Positions 30,911 to 40,793 of a stretch of 64,000 nt of DNA are shown here, in pieces. The position numbers and the translations under genes were made by a program. The notes under the pieces were generated by a model that saw only the letters and a program-made list of their open reading frames with translations, ran no database searches and had not been told where the DNA came from. Source of the DNA: Planctomycetota bacterium (GTDB taxonomy: Bacteria > Planctomycetota > UBA11346); NCBI GenBank assembly GCA_038231435.1, contig JBBRLJ010000006.1:61359-125358 (forward strand). The letters run 5' to 3'. How positions within the stretch are numbered: the stretch's first letter is position 1; each line of letters opens with the position of its first letter.

Positions 30911-33568
30911 TCAGCGCCGTTCCCTGGCGTCACGACCGCGCGCCGTCGCCGAAGAGATCAGCCCGGAGTGCTCGAGCACGTCGTCGAGATGGCCGACGAA
31001 GGTGACCGCGATGCCCTCCTTCACCAACGGCGGCAGTTCATCGTAATCGCGCTCGTTGGCTTGCGGCAGCAGCACCCGGGTGAGCCCGGAGCGTTTCGCC
31101 GCGACCAGCTTCTCGCGCACACCACCGATCGGATAGACGCGACCGGTCAGGGTCAGTTCGCCGGTCATGCCGAGCTTGCGCCTGGTCGCCTTGCCCAATG
31201 CCAACGACAGCAGCGCGCACGCCATGGTGATGCCTGCGCTCGGCCCGTCCTTGGGCGTGGCACCGGCAGGCACGTGCAGATGCACGTGGTGCTTGTCGAA
31301 CCAGCCGGCAGGCAGCCCGACCTCGCTGGCATGGCTCATCAGGTACGAGCGCGCGAGGCTCGCCGACTCCTTCATCACATCGCCGAGCTGGCCGGTCAGG
31401 GTCAGGCCGCCCTTCTCGCCATTGATGCACACCGCCTCGATCTCGAGCGTCGCGCCGCCCATCGATGTCCAGGCCAGGCCCGTGACCACGCCCGGCACCG
31501 GCGCATTGATCAGCTCGTCGTCGCGCATCAGCGGCTTGCCCAGGAACTCGGTGAGATCGGAGGGCCCGATGGCGCGGCGGACGAATGTCGGAAGCTTCGC
31601 CTTGGCGTCGCTCCTGGGCCGATCGTTCGCCTTGCGGTGCCCGTTGCTGGCGTCCTTGGCGCCGTCCTTGTCGGCATGCTTCGCTGAGCCATTGCGCGTG
31701 CCCGAGGGGACGGGATCGGGCAGCGACTCGGCTTTGGCGGTCGCCACCTTGCGGCACACCGTGGCGATGAGCTGCTCGAGGTGGCGCACGCCGGCCTCGC
31801 GCGCGTAGTCGCGGATGAGCGTAGCGAGCGCGCTCTTCGACAGCGCCAGGTCGGCGTTCGACAGTCCGTGGGCCTTCTTCTGCTTCGGCACCAGGTAGTC
31901 CCTGGCGATCACCAGCTTCTCGGCCTCGACGTAGCCGGCGAGGCGGATGATCTCCATGCGGTCGCGCAACGGCTCGGGAATCGAGCCGAGATCGTTGCCG
32001 GTGCAGATGAACAGCACCTGCGACAGATCGACGCGGACGTCGAGGTAGTGGTCGAGGAAGTCCTTGTTCTGCTCCGGGTCGAGGACCTCGAGCAACGCCG
32101 AGGCCGGATCGCCCTGCATGCCCACCGCCAGCTTGTCGATCTCATCGAGCATGATCACCGGGTTCATGGTGCCGCAGCGCCGCAGCGCCTGCACCAGCTT
32201 CCCCGGCAGTGCGCCGATGTAGGTGCGGCGGTGGCCCTTGATCTCGGCCTCGTCGCGCATGCCGCCGAGCGAGAAGCGGAAGAACTTCCGCCCCAGGTTG
32301 CGGGCGATCGACTGGCCGACCGAGGTCTTGCCGGTGCCCGGCGGGCCCACCAGCGCGATGATGCCGCCGCCGCGGTCGGCCTTGAGCCGCCGCACCGCGC
32401 AGAATTCGACGATGCGCTTCTTGACGTCGTCCAGGCCGAAGTGGTCGCGATCGAGTCCGCCACGCAGCGAGGCGAGGTCGAGGTTGTCCTCGCTGAAGGT
32501 CCCCCACGGCATCTCGGTCAGCCATTCGAGACGCGAGCGCACCACCGCGTATTCGGCGGCTTGCGGATCCAGGAGCGAGAGCTTGCGCAGCTCGGTGTCG
32601 ATGACCTGCCTGCATTCGTCGGTCAGGTGCGAGCCCTTGGTTTCGAGCACGTCCTTGAAGCGCTTGAGGTCGAGCGCCTTCTCATCGGTCTCGACGCCCA
32701 GCTCCTCCTTGATGGTCTTGAGCTGCTCGTTGAGGAAGAACTTCCGTTGGTTCTCGGAGACCTTCTCCTCGATCTGATGCTGGATCTTCGCCTTGATCTG
32801 CGTGAGCTGGGCTTCCTTCGCCAGCAGCACCAGCACCTTCTCCATGCGCGGCAGGATGGGCACGGTCTCGAGGATCGCCTGCAGCTCCTCGCGCTTGGCG
32901 GTGGTCAGCGAGGCCGCGATGTCGGCGAGTCGGCCGGGACCGTCTATGTTATTGAAGTTCGACAGCACCAGCTTGATCTCGTCGCCGAACACCGGGTTGT
33001 GCTGCACCAGCTCCTTGAGCGCGGTGACGATCGCCATGGCACAGGCGCGTACCTCGGGATCCGACGAGTCGACCGGCGTGCGGATCGCCTCGCCGCGCAC
33101 CAGCACCACCGGCTCGAGGCTCTCGATCTTGGTGAAGCGGAAGCGCGACACCACCTGGGCGAAGACCTGCAGGCTGCCGCTGTCGACCTCCTGGTGCTTC
33201 ATGACGCGGGCGACGCAGCCGAAGCGGTGGAGGTCCTCGATCTTGAAGGTCGCGCCGTTGTCGAGCGCCTCGTGGGTGAGGAAGAAGCCGACGTAGCCGT
33301 GCATGTGGCCGATGGCGTGGCGCACCGCGTCGGACAGCCTCCCCGCCGGGATCACCAGCGGCAACATCATCGACGGGAATACCGGGCGCTGGTTCAAGGG
33401 CAGCGCGATGACCACGTTCGGCACGTGCTCCTCGGGACGGGCGATCGCCTGCTTGGCGTTGTCCGCCGCAGGCTGGTCCTCGGCCTTGCCTGGCTCGTGA
33501 TCGACGTGCCGCGCTTCCTCGATCGGATGATCGTCCGGGATGACTTCCGCGTCCTTGGGATCGCTCAT
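30911..33568 (-). CDS. lon: ATP-dependent Lon protease
   Basis: LON N-domain, GPPGTGKTS, GHRRTYIGALPG, LDEIDK, PKDGPSAG catalytic Ser, IGGVREK catalytic Lys. Confidence 0.97.
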   Translation of the reverse strand: MSDPKDAEVIPDDHPIEEARHVDHEPGKAEDQPAADNAKQAIARPEEHVPNVVIALPLNQRPVFPSMMLPLVIPAGRLSDAVRHAIGHMHGYVGFFLTHEALDNGATFKIEDLHRFGCVARVMKHQEVDSGSLQVFAQVVSRFRFTKIESLEPVVLVRGEAIRTPVDSSDPEVRACAMAIVTALKELVQHNPVFGDEIKLVLSNFNNIDGPGRLADIAASLTTAKREELQAILETVPILPRMEKVLVLLAKEAQLTQIKAKIQHQIEEKVSENQRKFFLNEQLKTIKEELGVETDEKALDLKRFKDVLETKGSHLTDECRQVIDTELRKLSLLDPQAAEYAVVRSRLEWLTEMPWGTFSEDNLDLASLRGGLDRDHFGLDDVKKRIVEFCAVRRLKADRGGGIIALVGPPGTGKTSVGQSIARNLGRKFFRFSLGGMRDEAEIKGHRRTYIGALPGKLVQALRRCGTMNPVIMLDEIDKLAVGMQGDPASALLEVLDPEQNKDFLDHYLDVRVDLSQVLFICTGNDLGSIPEPLRDRMEIIRLAGYVEAEKLVIARDYLVPKQKKAHGLSNADLALSKSALATLIRDYAREAGVRHLEQLIATVCRKVATAKAESLPDPVPSGTRNGSAKHADKDGAKDASNGHRKANDRPRSDAKAKLPTFVRRAIGPSDLTEFLGKPLMRDDELINAPVPGVVTGLAWTSMGGATLEIEAVCINGEKGGLTLTGQLGDVMKESASLARSYLMSHASEVGLPAGWFDKHHVHLHVPAGATPKDGPSAGITMACALLSLALGKATRRKLGMTGELTLTGRVYPIGGVREKLVAAKRSGLTRVLLPQANERDYDELPPLVKEGIAVTFVGHLDDVLEHSGLISSATARGRDARERR

Positions 33569-33809
33569 GGGAGTAGTCCTAATGGGTCGAAACGACAGAA
33601 CACGCGCACGGCGCGTGCCAATCTCGCCGCGTGCGACCGGGGAATCGGAGAGACCGCCGTGCGGGGCGCTGGAAGCTGCAGCGCAGCCAACGTGGGCCGT
33701 GGGGCATGCGGGTAGTAGATGCGATGAAGCAGAATACGCTCTTGCCGATGCCCCAACCTATCGCCGCTCCTCGGGCCTCCCTGCACATTCCGCACATGCG
33801 CCTGTCCCG

Positions 33810-33839
33810 CGCCGCACGCCGCACGCCGCACGCCGCACG
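33810..33839 (+). repeat. Tandem heptamer (CGCCGCA)x4 just upstream of ruvA
   Basis: Direct reading. Confidence 0.7.
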
Positions 33840-33847
33840 TTGCCCTC

Positions 33848-34444
33848 ATGTATGATTTCCTGCGCGGCACAGTGGCCTCGGTCGACACCTCCGGTCGGCT
33901 CAGCTTCGACGTCGGCGGCGTCGGCTATTCACTGCGCATCAGCGAGCAGACCCGCCGCGCGATCCCGCTCGACGGCAGCCAGCTGATCCTGCACGTCCGC
34001 CTGCAGGTGAAGGAGGATGACCTGGTGCTCTTCGGTTTCATCGACGTCGCCGAGCGCGCGGCCTTCGACCTGCTGCTGTCGGTGCAGCAGGTCGGGCCGG
34101 CGGTGGCGATGGCGGTGCTGTCTACCCTTGGCGTCTCCGAGCTGCGCCGCGCCCTCGCGTCGCGCGACGTCGCGGTGCTCAAGAAGGTCAAGGGCGTCGG
34201 CCCCAAGAGCGCCGAGCGCATCGTGCTCGAGCTCGCCGACAAAGTCGAGCGCATCCCCGCGCCGCTGACCGGGTCGATGGCCCCTGGCAAGGCGGTGGGA
34301 GTCCAGGCGGTCGAGGAAGCGCAACGCGCGCTGATCGTGCTCGGCTTCGGCGCCAAGGATGCCGCCGATGCGTTGGCCAAGATCGCGAAGCCGGGCATGC
34401 CGCCGGAAGAGATGCTGCGCGCGGCCCTGGGGCTGCTGCGCTAG
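33848..34444 (+). CDS. ruvA: Holliday junction branch migration protein RuvA
   Basis: MYDFLRG, VGGVGY, KEDDLVLFGF, VGP..A, VKGVGPKSAERI.LEL, AL..LGF. Confidence 0.95.
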   Translation: MYDFLRGTVASVDTSGRLSFDVGGVGYSLRISEQTRRAIPLDGSQLILHVRLQVKEDDLVLFGFIDVAERAAFDLLLSVQQVGPAVAMAVLSTLGVSELRRALASRDVAVLKKVKGVGPKSAERIVLELADKVERIPAPLTGSMAPGKAVGVQAVEEAQRALIVLGFGAKDAADALAKIAKPGMPPEEMLRAALGLLR

Positions 34445-34488
34445 GCCACTTTCTTCCTGCGCCGCTTCCACTGCCGCCTTGGCCCGAC

Positions 34489-35001
34489 TTAGACTGCGCT
34501 CGTGGCCGAGGGATGCCCGCCAGAGGCTTCGCGCTGAACGGGCATCGATGGGCGTGTCAGCGTGGCGGTGCGACGGCGTTCGCGATTCGCCAAGCGCTCG
34601 CAGGTCGCCCCGAGATTGCGGGCGAGCTCGAGGTAGCCGTCGTAGTGCCCGGGCTTCACCAGGTAGGCCTCGATACCATAGCGCGCGACCGCCTCCTGGT
34701 CCTTCTTCCGCGTCGACGAGCTCAGCACCGCGACCGGGATGTTCTTCCAGTCATCGGTGGTGCGGATGACGTCGAGCACCTTGTGGCCCTGGATCACCGG
34801 CAGATTGAGGTCGAGCAGGATGAGGTCGGGAGTCGGCATGCCGGCGTAGAGGCCCTGCTTGCTCAGGAACGAAAACGCCTGCACGGCATTCTCGACCAGA
34901 TACAGCTGAGCCGGTAGCGCCTGTTCGCCGAAGCTCTCTTCGAGGAGATGGAAATCGCCGAGGTTGTCCTCGATGACCAACACGTGCAGCGTCCTGCCCA
35001 T
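34489..35001 (-). CDS. Single-domain response regulator (Rcp1-like)
   Basis: VIEDN.GD, PDLILLDLNLP, IPV.VLSSS, YLVKP. Confidence 0.9.
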   Translation of the reverse strand: MGRTLHVLVIEDNLGDFHLLEESFGEQALPAQLYLVENAVQAFSFLSKQGLYAGMPTPDLILLDLNLPVIQGHKVLDVIRTTDDWKNIPVAVLSSSTRKKDQEAVARYGIEAYLVKPGHYDGYLELARNLGATCERLANRERRRTATLTRPSMPVQREASGGHPSATSAV

Positions 35002-35104
35002 GACCCCTCCAGTGATTGACTTTCGGCTCGTTGACCATGCCGGCGGCGATCCACGTCTGACAGGTGATTTCGCCGAACCTTGCGGGCCAACGGCCTAAAC
35101 CATG

Positions 35105-37795
35105 TCAGGGCCTGGGCCGGCCCTTGGCCTGGGGAACGGCGGCCAGGGGATCGTCGGGCCACGAATGCTTCGGATAGCGGCCGCGCAGGTCCTTGCGCAC
35201 GTGGGCGTACGTGTTCGCCCAGAAACTGGCCAGGTCGGTGGTGACCTGCTCGACGCGGTAGTTGGGCGCGAGCAGGTGCAGGAGCACCGGCACCCGTCCG
35301 CCCGCGATGCGCGGGGTCGCGGGCAGGCCGAAGAGCTCTTGCAGCCGCACCGCGAGCACGGGCGCTGGCATTTCCGGCGGTCCGACTGACTCCGCCGGCT
35401 GCGAGGACGCACCGGGCGCCTCTGGATAGTCGAGCTTGACGCGGCTGCCGGACGGTACCGCCAGATGGGAGGGGGCCTCTTCGTCGACCGCGGCGAGCTG
35501 CTCGCGCGACAGGCGCGCCTGCAGCCAGGGCAGCTTGGGCTTGGCCTCGACCTCGCCGCGCGCCACGCAGCCGGCGGCGCATTCGGCGACGATCGCCGCG
35601 AATTCCACGTCGCCGAAGGCGGGTAGCCCGAGCTCCGGCCGACGCGCGCCCAGCCAGGCCTCGCGGCGCAGCCAGTCGCGCGCCGCCTCGTCGGCCTCGA
35701 CGATGGCGCGCGCCTCGGGCGCGAGCGCGCGCGCGAGCATCTCGGACGCAGCGCCCACGTCCTGCGCGGCGCCACCGGCCTCGCGCAGCGCCAGGTCGCG
35801 GTAGCACCAGCGGATGGCAGTCACCACGCGGCGCGCCTCGGCGTCGTAGCGTGGCTCCTGTCGGCGCACCACCGCGTTAGGAACCACCGACGTGAGCAGC
35901 GCCTCGTCGATCTCGGCGCCTTGGCGCACCACCGCCACCATCCGCCCGCCGCGCTCGATCAGCTGCACCTCGACGGCCACGAACAGGCTCCCGCGCTGGG
36001 CCCGGTCGGCGAACAGCGCGCAGTGGCGGTCGATCTCGAGCGCGGCGCCGCCGACCATCATGGCGCGATTGGGGTCGGCGGCGGAGCGCCGCGCGACGCG
36101 ATCGGGATGCGAGGCCAGGAGCAGCCGGCACACCAGCGCGGCGTCGGCCTCGGGCTCGCGCTCGCGCTCGGCCACGCGCCAGCCCGCGTGCTTGCCCGAG
36201 GCCTGGCCAGAGGCCGACATCCAGGCGGCGAGCGTCTCGTCGCGCGCCCGCGCCACCTGCTGCGAAGCCTGGGGGTCGATCAGACTCGCGCGCAGGTGGC
36301 CCTGGTGGCGGGCCCGTTCGGCCTGCTCGAGCAGTTCGAGGCGTTCGAGCGCATCCGCCGCCGCGGGCTCGGCAGGGGCGTCGTCGCGGGTGCGCCGCAA
36401 GCGCAGGTCGCGCTCGCCCAAGAGGGCGGCGAGCGTCGCCCCTAGGCGCGGGCAGTGCGCGGTGGCCGCCTCCATCATCAGACGGCCGAGGCGCGGATGC
36501 AGCGGCAGGTCGGCCAGGCGGTTGCCGAGCTCGGTGAGCGGGCCATGGGCCTCGGCGGTGGCGCCGAGCAGCGACAGCAGCCGTTCGCCCGCCTCCAGGC
36601 GATCGTCCTGCGGCGGCTCGAACCAGGGGAAACGCCGCGCGTCGGCGTGGCCCCAGCGCTTGAGCGCGACCAGGGGCGGCGCCAGGTCGACGCGCCGCAC
36701 TTCTGGCAGGGACGCCTCGGGCATCTCGCGCTCGGCGAGCGGCGTCCACATGCGCACGCAGGTCCCGGGGGCGGTGCGTCCAGCGCGTCCGGCGCGTTGG
36801 CGCGCGGACTGGCGGCTGATCGGCTCGAGCCGCAGCTCCTCGACGCCGGTCGCGGGATCGAAACTGATCACCCGCACCAGTCCTGAATCGATCACCGTGC
36901 GCACCCCGGGGATGGTGAGCGAGGTCTCGGCGACGTTGGTGGCGAGCACCACGCGGCGGCGCCCGCCGGTGGACGGCAGCAGCGCTCGATCCTGCTCGTC
37001 TGGGCCAAGGCCGCCGTGCAGCTGCAGTACATCGATGTGCGCGCCCACCGCCGGCACCAGCGCGCGCTCGCACGCGCGGATCTCGCCGGCGCCTGGCAGG
37101 AAGACCAGGATGTCGCCGCCCTCGGGATCGGCGATGGCGTCGAACACCGCGCGGGCGACGCGGTCCTCGAGGCGCTGGCGCTGATCGATGTCGGCATGCC
37201 GGGTGGCCACCGGGAACAGCGTGCCGGCCGCCTCGATCACCGCGCAGCCCGCGCTTTCGCCTGGCGCTCCGGCGGCGCCGCCGAGGAAGGCGGCCACCGG
37301 CGCCGCGTCCGCGGTCGCCGACATCGCCACCAGGCGCAGGTCGGGCCGCACCGTCAGCTGCAGCTCGCGCAGGTAGGCGAGCGCGAGGTCGACATGCAGG
37401 CTGCGCTCGTGGAACTCGTCGAGGATCACGCAGCCTACGCCCTCGAGGTAGGGGTCGCTCTGCAGCTGGCGGGTGAGCGAACCCTCGGTCATCACCCACA
37501 ACCGCGTGGCGGCGGTGCCCGAGCGCTCGAAGCGCACGCGGAAGCCGACCTCGCGGCCGAGCTGCCACGGCCTGCCCGCCTCGGTCTGCTCCTGGGCGAT
37601 GCGCCGAGCCAGCGCCTTGGCGGCAATGCGCCGCGGCTGCAGCAGGTAGACCTGTCCGGGCAGCGCCCGCACCAGCGCCGGGGGCACGCGCGTGCTCTTG
37701 CCGGATCCCGGAGGCGCGCCGATCACCAGATTGCGCCCGGCGCCGATCTCGGCGAGCACGCGCGGCAATAGTTCATCGACGGGGAGGGGGAGCAT
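35105..37795 (-). CDS. hrpB: ATP-dependent helicase HrpB
   Basis: APPGSGKST, QPRRIAA, DEFHER, MSAT, ATNVAETSLTI, QRAGRAGR; C-terminal LAVRLQE.FG...LLAP...FW..Y....LRGRYPKH.WP. Confidence 0.95.
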   Translation of the reverse strand: MLPLPVDELLPRVLAEIGAGRNLVIGAPPGSGKSTRVPPALVRALPGQVYLLQPRRIAAKALARRIAQEQTEAGRPWQLGREVGFRVRFERSGTAATRLWVMTEGSLTRQLQSDPYLEGVGCVILDEFHERSLHVDLALAYLRELQLTVRPDLRLVAMSATADAAPVAAFLGGAAGAPGESAGCAVIEAAGTLFPVATRHADIDQRQRLEDRVARAVFDAIADPEGGDILVFLPGAGEIRACERALVPAVGAHIDVLQLHGGLGPDEQDRALLPSTGGRRRVVLATNVAETSLTIPGVRTVIDSGLVRVISFDPATGVEELRLEPISRQSARQRAGRAGRTAPGTCVRMWTPLAEREMPEASLPEVRRVDLAPPLVALKRWGHADARRFPWFEPPQDDRLEAGERLLSLLGATAEAHGPLTELGNRLADLPLHPRLGRLMMEAATAHCPRLGATLAALLGERDLRLRRTRDDAPAEPAAADALERLELLEQAERARHQGHLRASLIDPQASQQVARARDETLAAWMSASGQASGKHAGWRVAEREREPEADAALVCRLLLASHPDRVARRSAADPNRAMMVGGAALEIDRHCALFADRAQRGSLFVAVEVQLIERGGRMVAVVRQGAEIDEALLTSVVPNAVVRRQEPRYDAEARRVVTAIRWCYRDLALREAGGAAQDVGAASEMLARALAPEARAIVEADEAARDWLRREAWLGARRPELGLPAFGDVEFAAIVAECAAGCVARGEVEAKPKLPWLQARLSREQLAAVDEEAPSHLAVPSGSRVKLDYPEAPGASSQPAESVGPPEMPAPVLAVRLQELFGLPATPRIAGGRVPVLLHLLAPNYRVEQVTTDLASFWANTYAHVRKDLRGRYPKHSWPDDPLAAVPQAKGRPRP

Positions 37796-38004
37796 GGATT
37801 CGCTGGGTGGTGCTGACAGCCGCCGCGCGGGATGCGGCGAGCGGGGTGCGGCGGGGAAGAATCGCGACCAGGACACCCGTGCCAGGGGATTCGCGCCGCT
37901 CCTGACGGCCGGTGTCTCCAGCCGTCACCTCGCCGCACGCCGCGCGCCGGCCGGTAGGCGGGCCGCACATTGTATCCCCGTGATCGCGCCGATCATGCGG
38001 GTTC

Positions 38005-39084
38005 ATGCGCTATGTAACCGATGACGTCCGCATCGACCGGCTGCGCGCGCTGCTGCCGCCGGCGATCCTCATGGAGGAGCTGCCGCTCTCCGATCAGGCC
38101 TCGACCACCGTGGCGCTGTCGCGGCAGGCGGTGGCGAAGGTCTTGCGCGGCAATGACGACCGCCTGGTGGTGGTGGTCGGGCCGTGCTCGATCCACGACG
38201 TGGCCGCGGCCGAGGACTACGCGCGCAAGCTCAAGGAGGTCGCGGCCGACCTCGCCGGCGAACTGCTGGTGGTGATGCGGGTCTACTTCGAGAAGCCGCG
38301 CACCACCGTCGGCTGGAAGGGCCTGATCAACGACCCCCACCTCGACGGGACGTTCTCCATCAACGAGGGTCTGCGCCTGGGCCGCCGCCTGCTGCGCGAT
38401 CTCGCCGAGATCGGCATGCCCGCGGGCTGCGAGTTCCTCGACCCGATCCTGCCGCAGTTCTTCGCCGACCTGGTGAGCTGGGGCGCGATCGGTGCGCGCA
38501 CCACCGAGAGCCAGGTGCACCGCGAGCTGGCCTCGGGTCTGTCTGTCCCGGTCGGCTTCAAGAACGGCACCGACGGCAATCTGCAGATCGCCATCGACGC
38601 GGTGCGTGCCGCGGCGCATCCGCACCATTTCCTCTCGGTGACCAAGGAGGGTCTCGCGGCGATCGTGGCGACGCGCGGCAATCCCGACTGCCACGTCATC
38701 CTGCGCGGCGCCTCGGGCGGGCCGAACTACACGGCCACGCACGTCGCGAAGGCCTCCGAGACGCTCGCGCACGCGGCGCTGCCCACGCGGGTGATGATCG
38801 ACTGCAGCCACGGCAACTCATCGAAGGACCACGCGCGGCAGACCGCGGTGGCCGCCGACATCGCCGCGCAGATCGCGGGCGGAGAACGCAACATCTTCGG
38901 CGTGATGATGGAGAGCCATCTGGTGGCGGGCCGCCAGAACCTCAAGCCCGGGCATCAGCTGGTCTATGGTCAGAGCATCACCGACGCCTGCCTGGGCTGG
39001 GACGACACCATCCCCGCGCTGCGCGGGCTTGCGGCCGCGGTGCGCGCGCGCCGTCAGGCTGCGGCTGCCAGCAAGGCCTCCTGA
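38005..39084 (+). CDS. aroG: 3-deoxy-7-phosphoheptulonate (DAHP) synthase, class I alpha
   Basis: GPCSIHD, RVYFEKPRTTVGWKG, AIGARTTESQ.HR, GFKNGT, DCSHGNS, SITDAC; aroG versus aroF cannot be resolved. Confidence 0.93.
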   Translation: MRYVTDDVRIDRLRALLPPAILMEELPLSDQASTTVALSRQAVAKVLRGNDDRLVVVVGPCSIHDVAAAEDYARKLKEVAADLAGELLVVMRVYFEKPRTTVGWKGLINDPHLDGTFSINEGLRLGRRLLRDLAEIGMPAGCEFLDPILPQFFADLVSWGAIGARTTESQVHRELASGLSVPVGFKNGTDGNLQIAIDAVRAAAHPHHFLSVTKEGLAAIVATRGNPDCHVILRGASGGPNYTATHVAKASETLAHAALPTRVMIDCSHGNSSKDHARQTAVAADIAAQIAGGERNIFGVMMESHLVAGRQNLKPGHQLVYGQSITDACLGWDDTIPALRGLAAAVRARRQAAAASKAS

Positions 39085-39157
39085 TCCGCCTCGTCGTCGC
39101 TCTCGTTCCCCAGCATCCGTCCGCGCATCCGTCCGCCTAGAGGCTCGCATCGCCCCC

Positions 39158-40291
39158 ATGGACATCGACGACGACCGCATCCGCGGCGAGGTGGTGGTCG
39201 AGCGCGAGCTGACCTCCGAGCACCGCATCCTGCGCTTCGTGGTGCCGAAACAGCACGCCCCGCCAGCGATGGCCGCGTGGCGACTCGACCGTTACCTGCA
39301 CGCGCTGCTGCCGACCATCAGCCGGAGCATGATCCAGGGATGGGTCGACCGCGGCGCCGCCACCGTCGATGGCGTCGTCGCGCAGGCGCGCGACCGGGTG
39401 AAGGCGGGCACGCGGGTGGTGCTGACCGCGCCCTTGCCCGAGCGCGACCTGGATGCGCCAGCGCCAGCCGCGCTCGAGATCCTCTATCGCGATCGCTGGC
39501 TGATGGCCTGCAACAAGCCGCCCGGTCAGCTCGCTCACCAGGCCGGCAAGACCATGAGCGGGACGCTGCTCAACCAGCTCATGGACCTGCTCGCGTCCGA
39601 AGGGCTGGATCCGCGCGACGCGCGGCTGGTGAACCGCATCGACCGCGACACCTCGGGCATCGTGCTGGTATCGCTCGACGCCGGGGCCCACACCCGCCTC
39701 GCGAAGGCGATGGAGGCACGCGATCTGCGCAAGGAATACCGCGCGATCTGCACCGGCGCTCCGCTGAGCGACGCGGGCAGCTGGCTCGACCCGATCGGCG
39801 CGGGCGACGGGGTCTCGATCGCCCGCGTGGTGCGCGCCGATGGCCAGGCCTGCCATACGGATTTCGAGGTGCTCGAGCGCGCCACGCCGCCGTCTGCCGG
39901 CGCGGCCGCAGCCCATGCGCTGCTGCGCCTGCGCCTGCACACCGGGCGCCAGCACCAGATCCGCGTCCACGCGGCGCATCACGGCCACGCGCTGGTCGGT
40001 GATTGGGTCTACGGGACGCCGTGCGCGGAATTGCCGGGGCAGGCGCTGCACTCGGCGCTGCTCGCGTTCGCGCATCCGATGCATGCGGGCGAGGTCTTGA
40101 TCGAGGCGCCTTTCCCGCGGCTGCTCTCCGCGCTGTGGCAGCGCCTGCGCGATGGCGGCACGGTCACGCCGCTGGCGCTGAGCGATGAGCAGCGCTCGAA
40201 GCTCGGGGTCGAGGACGTCGCGGGCATCCGCCGTCCGAGCTGGCTGAGCGCCGAGGAGTTCGCGCGCCTCCGCGAGGAGGCCGGCGATTGA
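39158..40291 (+). CDS. RluA-family pseudouridine synthase with S4 domain (RluD-like)
   Basis: RLDRYL..SR S4 domain, NKPPG, NRIDRDTSG, TGRQHQIRVH, GD..YG, QALH. Confidence 0.9.
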   Translation: MDIDDDRIRGEVVVERELTSEHRILRFVVPKQHAPPAMAAWRLDRYLHALLPTISRSMIQGWVDRGAATVDGVVAQARDRVKAGTRVVLTAPLPERDLDAPAPAALEILYRDRWLMACNKPPGQLAHQAGKTMSGTLLNQLMDLLASEGLDPRDARLVNRIDRDTSGIVLVSLDAGAHTRLAKAMEARDLRKEYRAICTGAPLSDAGSWLDPIGAGDGVSIARVVRADGQACHTDFEVLERATPPSAGAAAAHALLRLRLHTGRQHQIRVHAAHHGHALVGDWVYGTPCAELPGQALHSALLAFAHPMHAGEVLIEAPFPRLLSALWQRLRDGGTVTPLALSDEQRSKLGVEDVAGIRRPSWLSAEEFARLREEAGD

Positions 40292-40316
40292 CGTCGGCGA
40301 CCCGGCGTGGCCGGGT

Positions 40317-40622
40317 TCAGAAGGTGACGGGCGGCTCCGCGGGGACCGCCCCTGCGCCGTGCACCGCCGCGACCAGCATCCCGTAGAGAAGGAACAGCGC
40401 GAAGGACATCACCAGCCCGACCAGGCCGCAGACTTGCGCGGCCGAGGGCATCGCGCTGTCGCGGTAGCGGTCGGGTTCTGCGCGCACCCGTCGGCGCGCA
40501 ACAAACGCGAGCGCGATCGCGATGATCGAGAAGACGCCGCCGACCGGCGGCAGCAGGCACAGCGGCAGGGACAGGATGCCCGCCGCCAACGCCATCGCCG
40601 ATCCTGGTGGATGGTCCTTCAC
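40317..40622 (-). CDS. Small two-TM membrane protein (DUF4190-like)
   Basis: AL..GILS...GG..A...A..A...I/V pattern plus a second TM (A..CG.VG). Confidence 0.6.
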   Translation of the reverse strand: MKDHPPGSAMALAAGILSLPLCLLPPVGGVFSIIAIALAFVARRRVRAEPDRYRDSAMPSAAQVCGLVGLVMSFALFLLYGMLVAAVHGAGAVPAEPPVTF

Positions 40623-40793
40623 GTGGCCGACTCGCGCATGGCGCCACCATGGCCCCCATTCGTCTCCGGCAAGGCCCGTGGCCTCGCGCATCGACAGCCG
40701 CGAGGGGGTCAGCCGCGACCGTCGTATGGGGAGGGAACCGTGCGTAAACGCTGGACGGGCGCGCCGGCGCGGCAATGGTAGGCCCCGGAGCGG

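Noticed and set aside
28704..33715. Long plus-strand ORFs 28704-30722 and 31781-33715
   Set aside because: Antisense to the ABC-F gene and lon
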